Shown: positions 13,101-27,447 of the stretch, in pieces
How positions within the stretch are numbered: position 1 is the stretch's first letter
How the letters are laid out: every line of letters starts with the position of its first letter
Assembly: GCA_030141605.1 (NCBI GenBank)
Contig: JAQGDQ010000051.1
Coordinates: forward strand, 766,177 to 830,176
DNA from: Tubiluchus corallicola
Taxonomy: Eukaryota; Animalia; Priapulida
Reading direction: 5' to 3'
Length of the DNA stretch: 64,000 bases
Position numbers and translations under genes: made by a program
The notes under the pieces: generated by a model
What the model saw: the letters and a program-made list of their open reading frames with translations, nothing else
Database searches by the model: none
Told to the model about the DNA's origin: nothing

Positions 13101-16100
13101 CTTATATAGATTTGGAATGCCAGTGCCGAAAACCTGGAAAAAAACAATAATTTAAATACCTGTTTCACTAGGAATGTAATTATGTAAATAACAAAACAAT
13201 GAGCAGACTAACTAATAAAAAATAACATACCTGATATTTAAAGTGGCCCACTGAAGTGTGAATAAATAACGTGTTTTCTATGCTTCCTTCTTGCCGTGCT
13301 AAAAATACTATGTCAAAGGTTGTATTACCACCTGGCGAAAGATGCTAAAACAAATTGAAAACAATACAAATAACAAAATTTCTCTTGTATGCACAGGAAA
13401 AGAATACAAAAAAACATTGTTTCAGAAAAAAACTTGTATGCGAGACCAGTAACACCAATTTACTAGTCTATAATCTAAAATCGATATAAGCTACTGTGAA
13501 ATAAAGTATCAATTGTGAAAAACAAATTATACAGACTTACCTTATCTTCAAAGAAGGAGCACTGGAAGTGTGCTGTGCTCCCTGATATTGAGTGCAAAGT
13601 AATGCTATTTTCACTGCTAGGATTTTGTACTAAAACTTTTTCCAAGTGTGGCATTCCTATAAAACTGTGTACAAAAGCGTCAAATTATACATTTGCCAAG
13701 TTCGTATAAAACAAATGTCTGTCAAACCTACAGTCATTACAATACCTATACCAAACAAACCTATAACCTTTTCATATAAATAACTTTGACCCACAATTAA
13801 AAAACTGTTTTTCTTTCTGACAGTCTTTTACCAAGTTATAGACAGAACATCATCGCGTTTGACCTTGTACAGCAATAAACTGGTTCATCTAACTAGTTTA
13901 TCTAATCATTTTAATTAGCTTAATTAACACTTGGAATAGTTATACTTTGTGACAGGCTTGTGTTTTCCTGCCCAACTTATTGCCAGAAGCAAGTCGATCA
14001 GGATTTGTTTACTGTTTTGCCAAAGGCAATCATTTCAAATAAACATGTTTATAAAAAACAGCAGTTAAAGTACTAAATTACAGCAAGATGGAAATAAGGA
14101 ATGAAAAGCAGTTGGTTTTCAACCATGCTTAGCTTACATTCTTGTGACAAATCACAAACATCAAGTCGTCTTTCTGATAGAGCTGTTCAGGAAACACACT
14201 AGTCTTATTCATTCATTCATTAAAATGGACTGGTACTATTATTGTTGTTCATTTCAATAAGTTCACTTCATCTTGATTTTACATGTACTTTGTAAAGGTG
14301 GGTGCCACGGCAGCAGCTTATGCCTTACTGGCAGACTCTTTGACTATAATTTATTTACTCATTAATATAAGTGTTATTGTAATGAAATTGTATTATAATG
14401 AATGTCGTAATAAATGATAATGCCTGAATGCAAGTATTCACATTTCTTGACCAAACTTCATTTTGAATGCAATGTAGCACCTCGCCAATATTGCTATAGT
14501 ACTCTAAAATAAATCACTTCAAGTACAATACAATTTTCTGTACATGTCCCACGTGACTTTCTAGATCATTCAAAGATCTTTCCTCACTCTTTGCAACCAA
14601 TAGATTCAGTACCAACTGAATTATCTGCTTTTCTTCATATCTTGTTTTTCCATAGTGAACTAAGTTACCTGTAAGAGCCACTAAAACTGCAAGTAGCAAA
14701 TACTGAGATGTTTTACGTTAACAATGCTAATACTGTAATCTACAACTGTTCTTTGAAAAAATCATTTAATAGTTTACTTCTCCTTTAATTTCATATTTTA
14801 AAATATGTAATAGTTTTGAGGTGATATGCTGACGATTATTTTTTGTTATGTGATTTTATCCAAAATTTTTTGTCGAATCTATGCTTGTCTTTCGATTGCA
14901 CTTTTGTACTTCATAAAACAAATCTGTTTATGTGATCGCACCAAATCTATCTGTATGCCCTTTTACTGTCAATATTGGTCTGGGTACATTAACGTCATAA
15001 CAATTTTAATAGAAAATGGCTTCATAGTTAAGTAAAAACACTTAGTAAGAAGAATTGGAAAGAGTTTCAATTGCTAGGCATGAAATTCAGGCTTGCAGAC
15101 TAAGAAGTGAAGGAGGAGCTCACTGTCAGATAAGATGTAGAGAGGCAACAGTAGTGAAAGACATTGCCAACAGTTCACTGCTATTATTCACTACTACTGT
15201 TATGAGTTGTTACTGTCTCCCTGCTACTATTACATTAAATGGGCTCTATATCTCCAGATGTTGAGAGATGGCAAAATTCAAGATGGGCTGCTGTTCTGCA
15301 AAATGCCATGTTAAATTTTTAAATGGACCAGTACAACTGAGCAGGTACCTATTGGTCAAATAGTAGAGCAGATACCTATTGATCAAATAGTAATGTAATT
15401 AATTTTAAAAATAAACCAAGATAAATAAAAAGTGTTGTTTGTGAGAGAGCTACAGAAGCCACTTGCTGCTGTGTCATAGAAAAGCTTGCATATTATAAAA
15501 CAATATGATTATATTTTTGTAGTATAGAAACCAATAGTGCTCACAGAGAACAAAATGTGAAAATGAAACCAAAGCTCTCAATCTGCTAAAAATTTGAAGT
15601 AAGATATGCTATTTTAGATGCATGATATGATCAGTGGACAGTGACAACTACCTCGTCAAAATAAATTTGATGTGCATAAATTGCATGTAAATGATTGGGT
15701 CTTTGCCCATCTAAATTATGATCTGATGTTGTAGCAAAATAGGGTTTAAACACTCAATATTTTTCAAAACTATTAAACAAAGTTTCATTCAAAAATTACA
15801 CTATTATAGCAAAACTAGTTGATTTATGCACAAATACTTATATCATCATCATCATCATCATCATCATCATATGCCCATTACTTTCATTGCAGACACTGGG
15901 CAGACAGAACTCTAAAATAAAAGAAATCTGCCAGTACTTGAACAGTATACAGGAAATCTCACAAATATTGAAGGAGCGACAAAACAGTTGAAAACTGCTG
16001 CTTATGTACAGCTAAAAATACTTACAGTTGATTCCAACAGTAGTCGCAACAGCAAACAGCAAAAAACTTAACTGGTAGCAATCATAACCATAACCACTGT

Positions 16101-19100
16101 TTGAGTCAAAAACTGATAGCTCTAATAATTATGTTATTAAAAAATACATACTGTTCACCAAAGTCTACCATTGGTGGCTCAAAGCGTATAGGACTTGCAA
16201 ACCCCATATTTTCTTCTGCCCAGTCCAGGCTAAAAATAAAACAATTCAAGATATATTTTGGATTGTACTACAATTATGTAACGATGTGTAACATTGTAGA
16301 TTTCGAAAAAACTTAGTATTAGAATTTACTCTAGACAAATTCTCAGAAAAATGGAACAACAACTAGGAGTTTTTTTCTAAAAGTGGTCTTATCAAGCCAG
16401 TCTTATCAATTTGACTACACTGAACTAAGGAAAGCATTGTCAACTTGAAAAATTAGTGAAAAAGGTCAAAAATGCAAAACAAGTTTTTGTGCAAACACTA
16501 TAAACAAGGAAATTACAAGAAAATTAACACTAGGAATCAATTATGACACTTTTCTAAGGTAACTGGACCTAAAAGGAATCCATTTCTCTTACTTTCACTT
16601 TAGAAATAGTTGCTGTTTTCAAAACGGCGGGCATACAAAATGAAATTTCAAAATCATATAGTTACATCATAAAAACAAAGAGCAAAATATTTTTGTCAAG
16701 TTTACCTTGTTGAATCAAATGAAGGTACTAGTATAAAGGATGCAAAGAGACTGAAATGTCAAATAAGCAATAAATAAAATGGCTACCAGATCCCAGGCAA
16801 ATAATAACTATGTTGAAATAGTATCCTTTTTGCAAACAAAGTGTGCTTAGTTAAGGGTAAAAGTGTACTTCGTAGGTATGTTTGATAAGATTCATGTGTT
16901 ACTACCTTTAATAAGTCAGAGTCGAGAAGGTGTATGTGTTGTAATGCACTGCCGCATAGTAGCACTTTTAAGAGCTAAGTAACTGTAAAATCATTTCTTG
17001 CTTGTTTGGTCAATAATTATTCTTGGAAATCCAAGTTTGTTATTTGCTTCATTATTTGACAAGTGGAATCCAACGTGCTGGTAAAATCACACAGTGTTTA
17101 CATCAAAGGTTAAACAGCCAAAGGTCTAGTCCATCTTCAGGTGTTAGAATGTTTTTCTATGATCATTTTACTGGTTAGGGCATAATTTTTAAAATAGCAT
17201 TCAGAGTATAGATTTTGTAGATGTTAATAAAAATAGAGTTGTAACAAAGAAGATTTTTGGATAGGCCAAGCACTTTGTGTTGCATATTTCCTCGATGAGG
17301 TTCAGGATTTTACAATGGTTTCATAAAATAATACTGGCACTGGAGATTATTTTTCAAGCCCTGTCATGGGAAGGCTCGGAATCGTTGATCTTTGAAAATA
17401 CTTAGAAATATGCTGAATTGGATGTGCATGTCCACATTAATAAACTCACAGGGTTATCTGAAAAGGGGTCATTTTATGAATTTTCTGTTCTTTAATAGTC
17501 CTTTTTAATGTTGAAGCTAATGTATTTATAAAAAAAGGTTTGCCAATCACTTTGACACGAATGTCTTTTTGAGTGAAGCTTTAGCAGTAAAGTTTTTTCA
17601 CTTAACCTGGAAAGACAAAAAAACGCTATTAAAAGTGGGTCCTTGGTTCTCACTTTTTTAGGTAAACAAATTCCATTAAAACACCATTCACTTTTCAGGG
17701 ATACTGGTATAGAAGCCTCGCTACTCAAGAAGAATAAAGCATGTGTCACTTTTCAAATTTATTTTACGTATTCTAAGATCATAATTCCAAAAGCACAAAA
17801 TTTTGATGACTCAAACCCTTTTTGTCTTGTCATAACAGGCTCTTTAAGTCATTTATTACAATTTGCAGCCTGCCTCGAGTTCAATCCCAATTATACATGT
17901 AAACATAAAGCAATATTCTAGTACGTTTTAAGCAAAATATGAAGACATGATCAGGGTTAAAATAGAATATAAATCAACCAAATGCAAATTAAACTATTTA
18001 AAAATACATATGTGGTAATACAAGCTCACTGAGGCCATAACTGAATAGTTCTTGACATTGGATGGCACAGAAGAATGTGCCTAAGTTAACACTACAATAA
18101 CATTAGAAGCAAGTGCTCTACAAAGTTGAAATGTTGCAACACAATATTACAATTTACAACACATTGACTTTTGGCTGCATAAGTTGCAATTTTAGCAAAT
18201 TTAAGTTATGGCCAGAAGTCTTCTGCATGTTAAAAATTTAAATTCCGGAACAATGTCAGTTAATCATGAATTGAAATACAGCCATGTTGACATACTAAAG
18301 CACTCAATACATAGCTAATACATGCTGTAGACATAATTAAAGCATGCTAATACACAATACAATTTGTTATCAAGAAAAATATGACTTAATCCTCTGGACT
18401 ATGGTATCTGAAATTCCCTTAAAGAGTTAGTGTACAAGGGGACTGTTTCATGCAGAAGAATTAAGGCAAAAATTGTTGGCTGCTGAGAAAAAACTACCCT
18501 TTAAAGAAGTAATTGTAATTGTAATGTAAAATATTTTCACAACAGTACAGAACATATACATGTACAAAAATAAAATTATAACCAAAATAACAAAATAATT
18601 AACATCATATCAGAACAATTTACATAGGTCTTACATAGTGTACTGCAGAAAGCTGAGAGCGTGTAAAAAAGCTTTCTGAAGATGAGAAAAAAAGAAGAGA
18701 AAACAAGAACAGTAGTAGTGATAAAGTTTGGAAAAAAAACTAGTGCAAAGAATGGAGACAGATGGAGGGTGGTATAACGTAAATTATATACTGATAATAA
18801 AGGTGGTAGTAGGTGAAGCAGCAGCTCTAACAGATGTTTCACGGAGAAGTACTGTATTAGAAATGTTGACTTTGTAGTCATTTTTAAATTTCTGTATTGA
18901 TGAGAGGATTTTTAATTCATCATCCAAACCATTCCTAACCCCTGTGTCGTGACCTAAATATGATATATTTTGTTTTTGGTAAATTAAGCGACAGTTTATT
19001 TATTTTAAACCAATTAGAGATCCTTTGCAATTCATGATTAATATGATTAATAGGATTATTATTTTTATTAGAAGTGTGAAAAAATATACTTGTGTCGTCA

Positions 19101-22100
19101 GCACACTGAAAAAGATTTGGATTATCTAAGGAATATTTAATATCACTATTGTATATATGAAGCAACTACGGTCCATGAGTTATTTCAGCTTCACTGGAAA
19201 TGGTCCTTATATCTGGCTACTTGAGTTTGCCCCAAAAGATAGCTAGAGATCCATGTGTTTGAAACCCCCTAAGACCATTATGATGCATTCATGATTTACT
19301 GTGTAAAAGGCCTTAGACAGGTTACAAAATACACTCAAAGCTAATTTATTCTGTTCGAAACATTTAATTATATTGTATACTATATCTACCACTGCTAACT
19401 CAGTAGAACTATGAGTTATGAAAACCAAATTGTTTATTATTTACTATGTTAAGTTTGTCTAAGTAATCTAAAATTTTATTATAAACGCCCTGTAGCTTGA
19501 CCTTTGCACTATATTATGGATGCAAACACTAAGAGTCTCATTTTAATAGTTTTATTTTTGTCAATATATGTATGAAACACCCCAAAAAGCTATATTTATT
19601 AGGGAAAACTGATTTTGCTTATTAATTGCGCTAGTTATGCTAATTATCTCATCAACTATGAAGCTCATTGATTTTACAGTAAAAATTATACAAGGACCAA
19701 CCAAGAAAACTTTGCGCACCTCTTTATAATTTTTTTATAGGGCTTACGCTGCATTCGTAAGTTTTTTTGAGCATATCACAGTTTAACTTTGCCATACTAA
19801 AGTTTCACGTTTTTTTGGAAATGGAACGAAGATTTTGCTTTTAGCTTGAGGCAAAATTTAAGAATCCAATTTAGCTCTCCCACCCTCTCGATTAAAAAAT
19901 TCTAAAACAAATCAGAAACTCAAAGTTCCCGACAACAATGATGATGTACTACTGGCCATATGTACACTAAACAGACGTGAACAGATCTTCAATCGCATGC
20001 TTGATGACCCTCTAATGATTCAAGAATAGCTAGCTTTCTTCATAATCACCATTCTCAGTTAAAATAACAATAGAACAGGATTCACAAATAGTTATATTTT
20101 ATGTATAATCAATGTTTTACATTATCAATAAGCCTGTTAAAGGTCCCATGACACTATTTTTTATGTTACTTCCGCTTATAACGTAGGCGGGATTACATAT
20201 TTTCTAACTTTTAAAACAGTTTTGATGCATACTTTTACGTGATATAGCAAGTCATTAGGAATATTTAATTTATCTTAATATAAACTTACTGTAAAACTTG
20301 TTTCTTTGATTTTTTTATCACTTGCTTGTTAACGGTATTAAATTTGAAGCTCCGCCATCATTTCGTTGTGCGAGATGAATGACGCAATTGTTGAAGTATG
20401 AAATAGTTATAGCATATAACTTTCAGTTGCCCTTCATCATTCATGGCTTTGAGCTCTGGTTTACTGATTCCTTGCGTATCAACATAGGTACCATGTTCTT
20501 GCTCAAAAAATCAATGTTGTATATTTTATGGCTTCTTTGCTGTTACTTTTAAATTGTTGTGCTTGACACAGTGATTTATGTGTGCTTATAAACCAAAACC
20601 GTCCATAAGTCGGTATAGTTAAAACTATGTTATGATGCTTCAAAGTAGAAAGCACTAAAAATTTGGTCAAATGTCGATTTTTTATTTTTTATGAAAACAA
20701 ATGCTAAATATATTGGACTTTTATGTTCTAGCATCAAATTATTAGGAAAATGTCCAAAAATACTACAAATCTAATTTTATAACTCTTTACCCAATTTTCT
20801 GTCTTGAAACTACTACTGCAATTGTAAAAAACTTGTGAATTCTAACTCCGATTGTAGTTCTTGGAAGCAGCCATTTTGCTTTGGGTTTTTTCTGTTGACA
20901 AGACCAGGTCTTTGCCAGGAAGAGCCATTACTGGATTTAAACGTAACTTCAATTTGCTCTTGTAAAGTCCACAGCAACCACACTTTCATACAGTTGCTAA
21001 GTGTTTCATAGAGACGCGACAAAAAACAATGGCTAACTCTAACCGCGATTTTCTCAAGATTACATTTTCAGTGCGTAGCCTGCATTTAGAGCCATGAGCT
21101 TGATATCAAAATGATCCTCATGAAATGGAGATTCAGGACTTGTGAATAACTAGAAAAGCTTAGTTACCGATTTATGGACGATTTTGCTATTCAGGCACAT
21201 GTATAATGATTATGATATAAGATTAAGTTTATAACACACTAATGTGAATTAGTGGTCACATATTAAGAAATGTAATTCAACCTTTACAATATGTATATCG
21301 ATTGTTAAGGCTGTACAATGAATAAGGCAGACTATAGTACTGGACATATAATCTATTTTGGCAAGCAGTGCCGGATTTACCATTGTGCTTACCTATTTGT
21401 ATCACGCTAGTCAGAAGTGAATTTTAACAGCAAGTGTCTTGCTCAAAAAATCAATGTTGTATATTGAATGTCAGTGGACCTTTAACAGCTTTAACCTATA
21501 GCTTGTGAATGCTGTATCTATGGAAAATGTAGGATCATGGATGACTTATCACTTATGTGAGTGATCAAAATTGTTGAATTTATAAAGCTGTCATCAATTT
21601 TAATGTCAAAATTCAAATTCTGCAATTAGCATGTAGGCCTTAATGAATTCAAAGCTGATGTTCCTGCAGCTAACATGGCATTTTGATTTTGTGACAAAAA
21701 TTACTTTCAAGAGTAATATTACCCCAGATTCAACCATCTCTGCATGTTAAAATTAAAACATCCATATATCCAAGGTACAGTACTCAATCAAATCTAACGT
21801 CCTCATATTTAACGATCAATTATAATTTACAAACAATTCGCACTGCACAGGTCTAAACTACCTCTACCAACACACCTCTACTTACCCAAGAACTTGACTT
21901 GACAACCCCTGTAAAACACAAATAAGTTTCGGTCATTAGTGAAAACTTTTGATTTGATATAAGACAACAATAATAGTAGGACTTTTGTAGACAGTCAACA
22001 GGGCAACAAGCCACACAATACGGGTGTCATATGATGATATGCTACAATTATCAAAAGCAACTTAAAAATTAAAAAAATACTTTCACTATTACAGGAAGTC

Positions 22101-25100
22101 TTTTTGATATACAGATATATATAGTCTGGTTTGTGACTACATTTCAACTAAAAAAAATCTACATACACTGTACTCAGACAAAAACTGGTGAATATGTCTT
22201 GCAGCACAATGACAACCATTTATTTTTACAAGTAAAAGTATTTTTGATACCGCCCTTCTTATACCTCAGCTTAGGAAATTAAGAAAATCATCACAACCTA
22301 GGTTAACCTAAAAGAGATCCGGAGGCCCAGACTTTTGGGACGGAAAGCCATAAGTTTTGGAGCGAAACCCTGGACCACATACACAATTACACATTAATTA
22401 AATCCACGAGTCTGCAGAACGACCACATACTATAGTTTCTACAGTTCAGATGCTAATTTAACATACAGACATAAGTCATAAATGAGGCTGAATGTAGTTG
22501 GTGGGAAAAGAGGGAATTTGTGGCTACATAAGGACTGGCTGCTCATGACTAGACCTATGCATCAGTAAGGGACATAACCTGTCAAAGACGAGCCGAGCCG
22601 AGTAATGAAATGAAATAATTACAAAATATTTTAAAATTATTTTTCAAATAAATGGGGATCATCATCATCCATACATCTGTCCATTTAGTATCCACAATTA
22701 GTCTTTCTTTCATATTTCTGCAACCTAAGAATTGCGGGCCTTTTGAAGATTAATTAACAAATTAATTAAGACGAATGCTGAACATTTCAAGTAATATTGC
22801 ATGGCATGTCCCAAAGAGTCATTGACCTAAGTTTTTTGTTGATCTGATGATTCACTGCAGAAATATGAGAAAAAGACTAACTGAAATTGTGGAAAGAGGA
22901 TGGACACACATCTCTATTTGCTAGAACTGACTAAAAATAGATCACTTTACACGAGCATTAAAATGCAACTTTCTGAGTTATTTTTCTAAATAATAAGTTA
23001 AACAGTTACCTCATGTATATGTACAGAAATTCCATCTACCATATATCTGAGTTCAGAGTCTGTTTGAATAAATGCTGCAAATATAAAAATTTTAAGTGAA
23101 AATTAAAATCGAGAATAAGATACACAGGCCATGAAATTTCGAGTGATAGCTCATTTACATAAAGCATAGCCTGGGTTTCATTTAAAACGTACTGTTATTA
23201 AGGCCAGTTTTTGGCTGAACTGACCACATAATTTTACGTAATACATTCAACTCAATTTTATATACAGTAGGCGTCGCTCAATAGACTCACAGTTAATAGA
23301 CTCAATCGCTTAATTGACTCAAAAATGCCTGGTACAGACCGCTTCTATTGAAATATACATAAAAACTATCAGTAATTGACTCAAATAACTCCGCATAATT
23401 GACTCAATATTTTTCCTTTATGTACTTTAAATAAAACATTTGTATGTGCCTAAAGAGCCTCTCCTACTTTTATGTCATCTTTACTTCCCTTTTGTGCATC
23501 ATATATGTAGAAACAATCACGTTAAGTACAGTTTTGTTTGTAAGCAGGTTAGTTTATCATGCGCTAATATGCTAGCGTAGCGGTTTTGCTTTGAATCTGT
23601 TACCTGCTTGTCCACTGCGTTACCCAAGAATTTCTGGAAGCTAAACATTTAATCACTTGTCCAGTGGTTTCCTTTTGAAGCTCTAGTTGCAAATCGTACT
23701 TTCACACCTGATCAGTTAACAGTCACTGATGCAGGTACAGTAATTTTTGCAAATAAACAGACTTGTGTGATTTAGACACGTATGTTTTTTAATTTATTGC
23801 TAATTCAGTTATATAAATTAATATTTTGAAATATTTTTTTAAAAATTTTTAACTGCACAAAGAAATTTAGGCATTGCTTCGTTTCTAAAATTCATTATAA
23901 GCCTTTGTAGTGCATACTAAGCTGATGATTCATACTTCTGTACCAGTACTACTACACTCATCAGTTAATAGGTTCAGTCAGTTAAGTGGATCAAAAGGCT
24001 TCGGTCCCAAAGTAAGTCTATTAAGCGGCGCCTCCTGAAAATGTAATTTTATCATGGTTTTAATTACTGCCACATTGATAAACTCCTACATGCTCTTCAA
24101 ATTTTCAAGCTATTATTCGACTTTATCACGTTCTCCATTATTTTACGGAATGTTTTTTATGAACAAACCAACTATTTTTCATCTCTTTTTTGTCACCTTT
24201 TCACTTATAAATTAACTTAGTTTTCATTTGCACCCCTTGTTTCAGAATTTCCTTTTGTTTCATTATCTATCTCATTCATCATTGCTATGATGCTATCAAT
24301 AAATGTTTTCCCAGCTTTAATCATTTCGCATTTCTCTATGCTTGCAGCATATACAGAGCTTTCATATTTTTCAATGAGCAAATTGTTTCCTTGGCTTCAC
24401 TGTTAGTAATTTCTTTTATTTTCTCCTCAACATATTTGAATATTTTTTACCCTTGATACCATCACTCAGTCATACTAATCCTCTGGTATTAATGGCTGAT
24501 AACTCTTTGTAATATTGCTTTAAAAATCAGCTTATTTTTTTCTAATACTTTAGGATCATTCCTCGTCTACTTCTCATTGTTATGGCTTCTCCTATTTTTA
24601 ACTCATCAGTACACTTTCTAAATTCCCAAAACATTTGATTAACTCTTTTATTTAATGTCATTGTTTTCAGCTTGATCTATTCCTTTAATTTCTCTTTTTT
24701 TGTATTTTACAAAATCATGCTGTTCTACATGTCTTAACTTTTTGTTGTACACACTTGCTATTTTTGTTTTCTGCACTTCCTCAAATTTGCTAAGATCTGT
24801 ACTCCTTTTTAGTCACATTTCCCTTTTCAATAAGTTCTTCAATGCTCTTAATCTTTTCTTCTTCTTCCTTCACACTCTTGAGTCCATTTTATCTTCCGAA
24901 CCCCTACTACATGAACACCCGGATACTTATCATCAATTGCACTACTCCGATTAAGATCCATTTAATTGTAATTGCTCTTCTACGTTTTTATCTTACTATA
25001 AGTTCTTATATAACAATTATATATTTTACGATTTCCTAGCTGTTGCCTGTGAAGATGTGATTTGTACTTCTTATTGGTTGAACTTATTTTGTGTAAATAT

Positions 25101-27374
25101 TTAGTTTATATTTCCACTTAAGTTTTTAAGACTAATCTTATTCTGTTTAGTGCAACTTCCTAATGACATGTGCACCTAAAGACAAGCTGATGTGCACCTG
25201 CTTGACTGCCTACCCTGTGTTTACTTTCATTTTAAAACTCAATGGACAGCCATACTCCCTTCTAACTAATTAGCTGAGATTTAATTACTTCTTTGTCCCT
25301 GTCAGAAACCATGGGTAAAACAACAAGCAGAATAACAGAACAGCTGTAATTTGTTAGTAGTTAATATAGAGAACTGTCTACTGTCTAGTGTGATGCACGA
25401 TAAAAATGGCACAAATGCAAAAGTAGGCAAAAATGGCACAGATAGAAATGGGGAAAAAATTGCAAAAAAAGAACCAGCAAAAAGATTCCCAATTTGGCAC
25501 CCGCCTTTGTTCACAAAGTTTCTTGGAAATCTGTTAGATAGTTTTTGCGTAGTATCATATATGGCTTACTGGGATCATATTAGACAAAAAACCAACCAAA
25601 CAAACTATGTTGAAGCATTACTTCCTTGGCAGCATAATCATTCCCCACTGTAACTCTAACTCTAAACACACATTTTGTCCCGTTCCATTCTTATCTGTGT
25701 CATTTTACCTACTTTTCATTTGTGCCATTTTTACCTGTGCCTTTTTTTACATACATTCGTCTAATGCATTTCTTAATTTAATTTTGGGAGAAAAACAATT
25801 AATTTACAGACTTGTTTATAAGATGGGATAAAAGCAAGGTATTTCAAATAAAATAAGTGTGGAAAATGAATGTTACTTAGTATGGGTTTGGGAAATAAAA
25901 TATCATTCCAGTACTGTGTCTAATTTTATATTAATGTTTATTCAGATTTATCACACTTAGAATGTTCACGATAATCTCAATTCAATTCAAATTTTCACTT
26001 TCAGAATAACTTTCATTTGCTACATTAAATAAATCATTTCATCTGTATCAACATTGCTAGCTATTTTTTACTTCAATGTATTTAGGTAAGTGCAGTTAGA
26101 TATTAAGTCTTACAATTTTGCCAACAATTTTTCAGAATAAATACACATTGTTGTACATTTTGCAATCATTTGGTCTCTGGTTCCTTGCTGGGTGAATTAA
26201 CAATTGCATAGTAGCCCAGTGCAGTAAATGGTACGGTCCAATAGACATTTTATTTACAATTAATGAAGTGTATTTCTACTGCAAGCAGGGATGTTGCTGA
26301 AATTTTTGGCAGCATGTTTCAGAAGTTTTACTAGTATTTATCCAATTTACCTATTTATCCAAAACCGCTGAAAAATCTTGGCTAAAATAGTTCAAATAAA
26401 GCAAAAATTTCGTTTACATAACAGTTTGTGACATGCCTTTCACAGCAATGCCGCATATCTTCAGTACTGACCTCTGTGAAGTTTTGAGGTCTCCAGGCCC
26501 AAAAACCGAAATACCAAACCACATTTGAATTTATTTGAGCTAAATCGTTTTTAATTTTATAATTTACGAAATATAGGCAACAAAATATCCACAAAATAAA
26601 ATTTCTTTATTTTAATGAAGTATTATGATCTTTAAACGTTAATCATTAAGGATACTTAAATCCAAAAACCTTGTAACACATTAATTTTTCTAATGTAAAC
26701 CACTCCATCAAACTTGAGGCTCTATACTATAAAATATATGTGTGCTTGCAAGCCAAAATCATCTATAAAAAGTCGGCATAGTTAAAACTACATCATGCTT
26801 TGAAGTAGAATGCACTAAAATTTGGTAAAACGTTAACTTTTTTAAATAAAAACAAATGCTAAATATATTAGACTTTAATATTCTAGCATCAAATTGTCAA
26901 GAAAATGTTTAAAAGGTATTAAAAATTTAATTTTATAATCCCCTACCCACTTTTCTGACTAGAAACTCGTAATGCAATTGTAAAAAAACTTGTACTTCCA
27001 AACTCTGATAGTAGCTCATTTTGCTTCGGGTTTTTCTATTGCTAAGTCCAGACCTTCATCAGAAAGAGACATATTGGATTTTAACATAAATTCAATGTGT
27101 TCTTGCAAAGTCCTAGCAACCAACATTTGTATGATTGCTAAGTGTTTTGTAGAAATGTGACAAAAACAATGGCTAGCTTTAACAGCGATTTCCTCAAGGT
27201 TATATTTTTTGGTATCCAGCGTGCACCCCAACTTCAATGTGGATTATCTCAGCTTGGAAATAACATAGAGTGATGAACTTAGTATCAAAATGATCCTCAT
27301 AAAATGGAGATTCAAGATATGTGAATTCCTAGAAAAGCTTAATTGCCGACTTATAAACGATTTTGCTGTGCATG

Positions 27375-27447
<73 letters not shown>

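Noticed and set aside
14514-14699. Exon-like ORF with a splice acceptor inside TMEM131 intron 4
   Set aside because: No TMEM131 similarity, and the flanking exons already join in frame without it.
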